From a candidate division Zixibacteria bacterium SM1_73 (GTDB taxonomy: Bacteria > Zixibacteria > MSB-5A5 > SM1-73), in the NCBI GenBank assembly GCA_001304225.1, contig LJVD01000004.1, positions 1 to 61,918 of the forward strand: 61,918 bases of DNA, in the 5' to 3' direction. This document shows, piece after piece, positions 58,645 through 61,918 of this stretch (positions are counted from its first letter, which is position 1; every line of letters begins with the position of its first letter). The translations under genes were made by a program, and so were the position numbers. The notes under the pieces are model-generated. The model did no database searches, had not been told where the DNA came from, and saw nothing but the letters and a program-made list of their open reading frames with translations.

Positions 58645-58675
58645 TTGTTGGTCAAGGGTGTCCTCACCCTTGACC
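58645..58675 (-). repeat. REP-like hairpin, family H (right flank of accessory island)
   Basis: ttgttggtcaagggtgtcctcacccttgacc. Confidence 0.75.
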
Positions 58676-58828
58676 GTTTATTTGAGCGGGGTGGGGGCAC
58701 CCCGCTCGAACGAGGGAAAAACGTGACGTCTGAGCTCGTCTCGGACGAAAAAACGTCGCACACTGAGTTGCAAGGCTGCACAATATAACGTAATAACTTA
58801 AAGTTGGGTCTTGTACCCGACGAGAGAG

Positions 58829-59122
58829 TTATTTCAGCAGAAGCATCTTCTTTGTTTCGGTGAGATCTCCTGCTTTTAATTGATAGAGATAGATTCCGCT
58901 GGCGACCTCTCTTCCCCGATCATCTTTCCCATCCCAGATAACTTCATGGCTACCCCCTGTTTTCGGTCCGTCTACCAAAGTCCTCACTTCCTGCCCCAGA
59001 ATATTGTGGATTTTCAGGGTGATGTGGATGGGTGTCTGCCTACTGCCGACTGCATACTGAATTTTGGTGGTGGGGTTGAATGGGTTGGGATAGTTCTGGT
59101 TCAAAGAGAAGGCTCGGATCAC
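58829..59122 (-). pseudogene. T9SS (Por) C-terminal sorting domain, detached by a frameshift from the upstream YVTN gene
   Basis: FSLNQNYPNPFNPTTKIQY...IWDGKDDRGREVASGIYLYQLKAG...KKMLLLK. The frame is open from 59143. The GTG at 59122 overlaps the upstream TGA (GTGA). Confidence 0.7.
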
Positions 59123-61257
59123 TTCGGTTTCCTGATCCTCTGCTCAGTAGGGGGCAGAGAGCAAGCGATAACTGAGATGTTTGAGCCATAAAGCTTGGCG
59201 CAGTAGATTTTGTTGTTGGTCGGATTGTAGACCAAAGCTTGAGGATAACCATCCACCTCCACGGTGGCTATCACCGAGTCACCTGCTCCATCGACGATCG
59301 CAACGTTATTGCTTCCCCAATTGGCGCAGTAGATTGTGTTGTTGACAGGATTATACGCTAATGCGCGGGGACGGTTTCCCACCACCGCCGTGGCTACGAC
59401 CGAATCTCCTGATCCATCAATAATGGTCACGCTGCCACTTCCATAATTGGCGCAATAGATTTTGTTGCTCTTGTGATTGTACACCAAAGCCGAAGGCTCA
59501 TCTCCCACCTCTACTGTAGCTATCACAGAATCGCCAGCACCATCAAGGATGCTGATATTGTTACTGCGATAATTGGCGCAGAAAATCTTGTTATTGTTTA
59601 GGTTGAAGGCCAAAGTTCTAGGATAGATTCCCACCTTTACAGTAGATATAATCGAATTTCCAGCACCATCTATGATAGTGACATTATCACTTCCATTAGC
59701 ACAATAGATCTTGTTGTTGATAGAATTGTAGAGTAAAGCCTTGGGACCCTCTCTTAGGTCAAGCGTAGTTATTCGCGAATCACTTCTTCCATCAAGGACG
59801 ATGACGTTTCCGCTATTCAGATTGGCGCAGTAGATTTTGTTGTTCATGGAATTATATGAGAGAGCGGAAGGATTACGTCCCACCCTGATTGTGGTTATTG
59901 CCGAATCTCCTACTCCGTCAATGATGGTTACGTTATGATCGAAGTAATTGGCACAATACATTTTGTTGTTCTCGGAATTGCAGGCCAAAGCCCTGGGGTG
60001 ACCTCCCACACCCACTATGGTTATCACTGAATCACTAGCCCCGTCAATTATAGTGACACTCTTACTTAACTCATTGGCACAATAAATCTTGTTGTTGGTC
60101 GTGCTGTAAGTTAGAGCCAGTGGATAATCTCCAACTCTAACTGTCGCTATTACCGAGTCATCTGTCCCATCGATGATGTTGATATCTTTAGTCCAGTAAT
60201 TGCCGCAGTAGAGTTTGTTGTTTTGGGGGTTGTAGGCTAAGACACGAGGACTATATCCTACCCCCACAGCAGCTGTCACTGAATTACTTACTCCATCAAT
60301 GACGGTAACGTAGTCACTCCCCCCGTTGACACAGTAGATTTTGTTGTTACTGTCATTGTAGGCTAAAGCTAAACCGTAAGGCTCGCCATCCATTGGCACT
60401 GTGGCTATCACCGAATCCTCCGCTCCGTCAATGATGGTGACACTCCCAGAATTGACGGAGTAGATTTTGTTGTTGGTGGGGTTGTACGCTAAAGCCTGAG
60501 GAAAATATCCCGCCACCACGGTGGTTATCACGGTATCACCAGATCCATCAATGATGCTGACATCGTCACTCTCATAATTGGCGCAGTAGATTTTGTTGTT
60601 TGTAGAATTGTATGTTAAAGCCAACGGTTCATTCCCCACGCTAACGGTAGCTAACACTGTGTCACCTGTTCCATCAATGACGAAGACGTTACCGTTGTCA
60701 CGGTCAATACAGTAAACTTTATTGGCAGTGGGATTATAAGCTAAAGCACCAAGACCACCCCCTAATGTTACAACGGCCATTACCGAATCTCCCATTCCGT
60801 CTATGACGGTGATATTGGCACTCCGGGCATTGGCACAGTAAATTTTGTTATTGGTTGAGTTCCAGGTTAAAGCCGAGGGATAATCTCCCACAGTCATTGT
60901 AGTAATAACTGAATCACCTCCTCCATCAAGGATGGTTATGTTGTCGCTTCCTCGGTTAGCACAGTAGATTTTGTTGCTGGCGGGATTATAAAGAAGGGTT
61001 ATAGCGTCTTTTCCCACGGTGATGCTGGCTACCTTTTGATTGGTTACGCCGTCTATAGCTACCACCCTTTCCCCACCGCAAACATAGATTTTGTTGTTAA
61101 TGGAGTTGTAAGCAAAGGCACAAGGATAAGCTACTCCACCCAGCTCATCCGGCAGCCAGATGGTGGCGATGACGGAGTCGGATTGGGCCAAACAGAGAGA
61201 AGAAAAAGACAACGTGATGATGAAAATAACAAAGGTAGAACTCAGCTTTCTGTACAT
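59119..61257 (-). CDS. YVTN-family beta-propeller repeat protein (secreted)
   Basis: Signal peptide, then about 16 units of ~42 aa of the form NNKIYCANxxSxxVTIIDGxxDSVIATVxVGxxPxALxYN. Confidence 0.85.
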   Translation of the reverse strand: MYRKLSSTFVIFIITLSFSSLCLAQSDSVIATIWLPDELGGVAYPCAFAYNSINNKIYVCGGERVVAIDGVTNQKVASITVGKDAITLLYNPASNKIYCANRGSDNITILDGGGDSVITTMTVGDYPSALTWNSTNNKIYCANARSANITVIDGMGDSVMAVVTLGGGLGALAYNPTANKVYCIDRDNGNVFVIDGTGDTVLATVSVGNEPLALTYNSTNNKIYCANYESDDVSIIDGSGDTVITTVVAGYFPQALAYNPTNNKIYSVNSGSVTIIDGAEDSVIATVPMDGEPYGLALAYNDSNNKIYCVNGGSDYVTVIDGVSNSVTAAVGVGYSPRVLAYNPQNNKLYCGNYWTKDINIIDGTDDSVIATVRVGDYPLALTYSTTNNKIYCANELSKSVTIIDGASDSVITIVGVGGHPRALACNSENNKMYCANYFDHNVTIIDGVGDSAITTIRVGRNPSALSYNSMNNKIYCANLNSGNVIVLDGRSDSRITTLDLREGPKALLYNSINNKIYCANGSDNVTIIDGAGNSIISTVKVGIYPRTLAFNLNNNKIFCANYRSNNISILDGAGDSVIATVEVGDEPSALVYNHKSNKIYCANYGSGSVTIIDGSGDSVVATAVVGNRPRALAYNPVNNTIYCANWGSNNVAIVDGAGDSVIATVEVDGYPQALVYNPTNNKIYCAKLYGSNISVIACSLPPTEQRIRKPK

Positions 61258-61465
61258 AAAAACCTCTGAGAGGACATTTTCGGAATTCTAAATCCAATAT
61301 TATAATATTCTTTGAATGGCTTTTTGTCAAGAAAAAAAATGGAGAAAGGATCAACGGATTGAATGGTTCGACTCCGCTCACCATCTTCGACGGATGGAAT
61401 GGATAAGAATGCAAATGGCGAATGACGAATGAATGATGACGGATAAGATCCTGTTGGAGGGACAA

Positions 61466-61513
61466 GGGTAGAGGAAGGCTTTAGCCTTCCACTGTGGAAA
61501 CCTAAAGGTTTCC
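61466..61513 (+). repeat. double-hairpin repeat, family D
   Basis: ggaaggctttagccttccactgtggaaacctaaaggtttcctctgcat. Confidence 0.75.
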
Positions 61514-61554
61514 TCTGCATTTTGGTCCCGCTGAAGCGGGACACTCCAGGAAAA

Positions 61555-61918
61555 TCATTTCAAGGGGAAAACCAGATTCAGCATTATCTTTTCCCGGTCG
61601 TAAGTGCAAAGCACTTTGGCAGAAGAAGAGTTATACATGGCGGAGAGTATGCCTAAGGCATCTACTGCCAAGTCTCTGGCACTCCAGCCTTCACGATAGG
61701 CATCCTCATACTCCTTGTATAAGCCTGCGGAAAGGATCAGAAACGCGGAGAGATATTTGTTCATATGTTTGGATAACAATTTCTGGGAAACATAACAGCC
61801 GGTGAAATGCTGCCATTTATCCGGAGCTTTTATGTCCCAGCGCTCCTCATCCACATAAAACCAGGGATCGCTTTTAGAAGAGAGGCGTTTGAATCTGCCA
61901 TCCCGAGGATAGTTCCAA
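61555..61918 (-). CDS. hypothetical protein, 5'-truncated by the window edge
   Basis: The frame stays open upstream of the listed GTG as far as position 61918 (…WNYPRDGRFKRLSSKSDPWFYVDEERWD…). Confidence 0.45.
   Translation of the reverse strand, partial: WNYPRDGRFKRLSSKSDPWFYVDEERWDIKAPDKWQHFTGCYVSQKLLSKHMNKYLSAFLILSAGLYKEYEDAYREGWSARDLAVDALGILSAMYNSSSAKVLCTYDREKIMLNLVFPLK

Noticed and set aside
59119-61257. Regular ~126-bp periodicity that could be mistaken for a CRISPR-like or tandem-repeat array.
   Set aside because: It is the coding periodicity of ~42-aa YVTN beta-propeller blades within one long open frame. There is no repeat/spacer alternation.
61350-61385. ggttcgactccgctcacca, which resembles a tRNA T-arm and 3' end.
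   Set aside because: No matching T stem, anticodon arm or acceptor stem surrounds it. It belongs to the recurrent ...caagctcacca... intergenic repeat motif.

Overview
The window is 61.9 kb of densely coded bacterial chromosome. A T9SS-type C-terminal sorting domain, a DUF5683 protein, dockerin-like tails and a Fibrobacter-like LexA box point to an uncultured FCB-superphylum-like organism. This taxonomic call is inference. Most of the window is housekeeping: cmk-plsC-ispH-rpsA, mtaB, rmuC, the stomatin/NfeD pair, the kdsA-kdsC-kdsD-acyltransferase operon, lexA-dinB, murQ, thiC, an M49 peptidase and an HD-GYP protein. It also contains a selenocysteine locus, selD-selA-selB plus a tRNA-Sec-like gene. 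I extend selD upstream of the ORF-track call, through an in-frame TGA followed by a SECIS-like hairpin.

Two accessory regions stand out. (1) hicBA plus a translationally coupled pair (a 2TM protein and a TIR protein with two wHTH units) is wedged inside the Sec locus, immediately downstream of the tRNA-Sec gene. This is my top candidate for an undescribed Thoeris/CBASS-like defence module. (2) A roughly 7.6-kb island at about 51.0-58.7 kb is bracketed by near-identical hairpins. It carries a Hel308-like helicase fused to an OmpR-type wHTH. The helicase promoter and operator nearly duplicate those of the lexA operon. The island also carries a Zn-ribbon/Panacea/RelE-like operon and an orphan phage portal plus large-terminase pair.

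Intergenic space is full of several REP-like hairpin families. Other points are a YVTN beta-propeller protein frameshifted away from its T9SS tail, an IS110 relic, and a four-helix-bundle pseudogene with an in-frame stop. All calls come from reading the sequence by eye; no searches were run.
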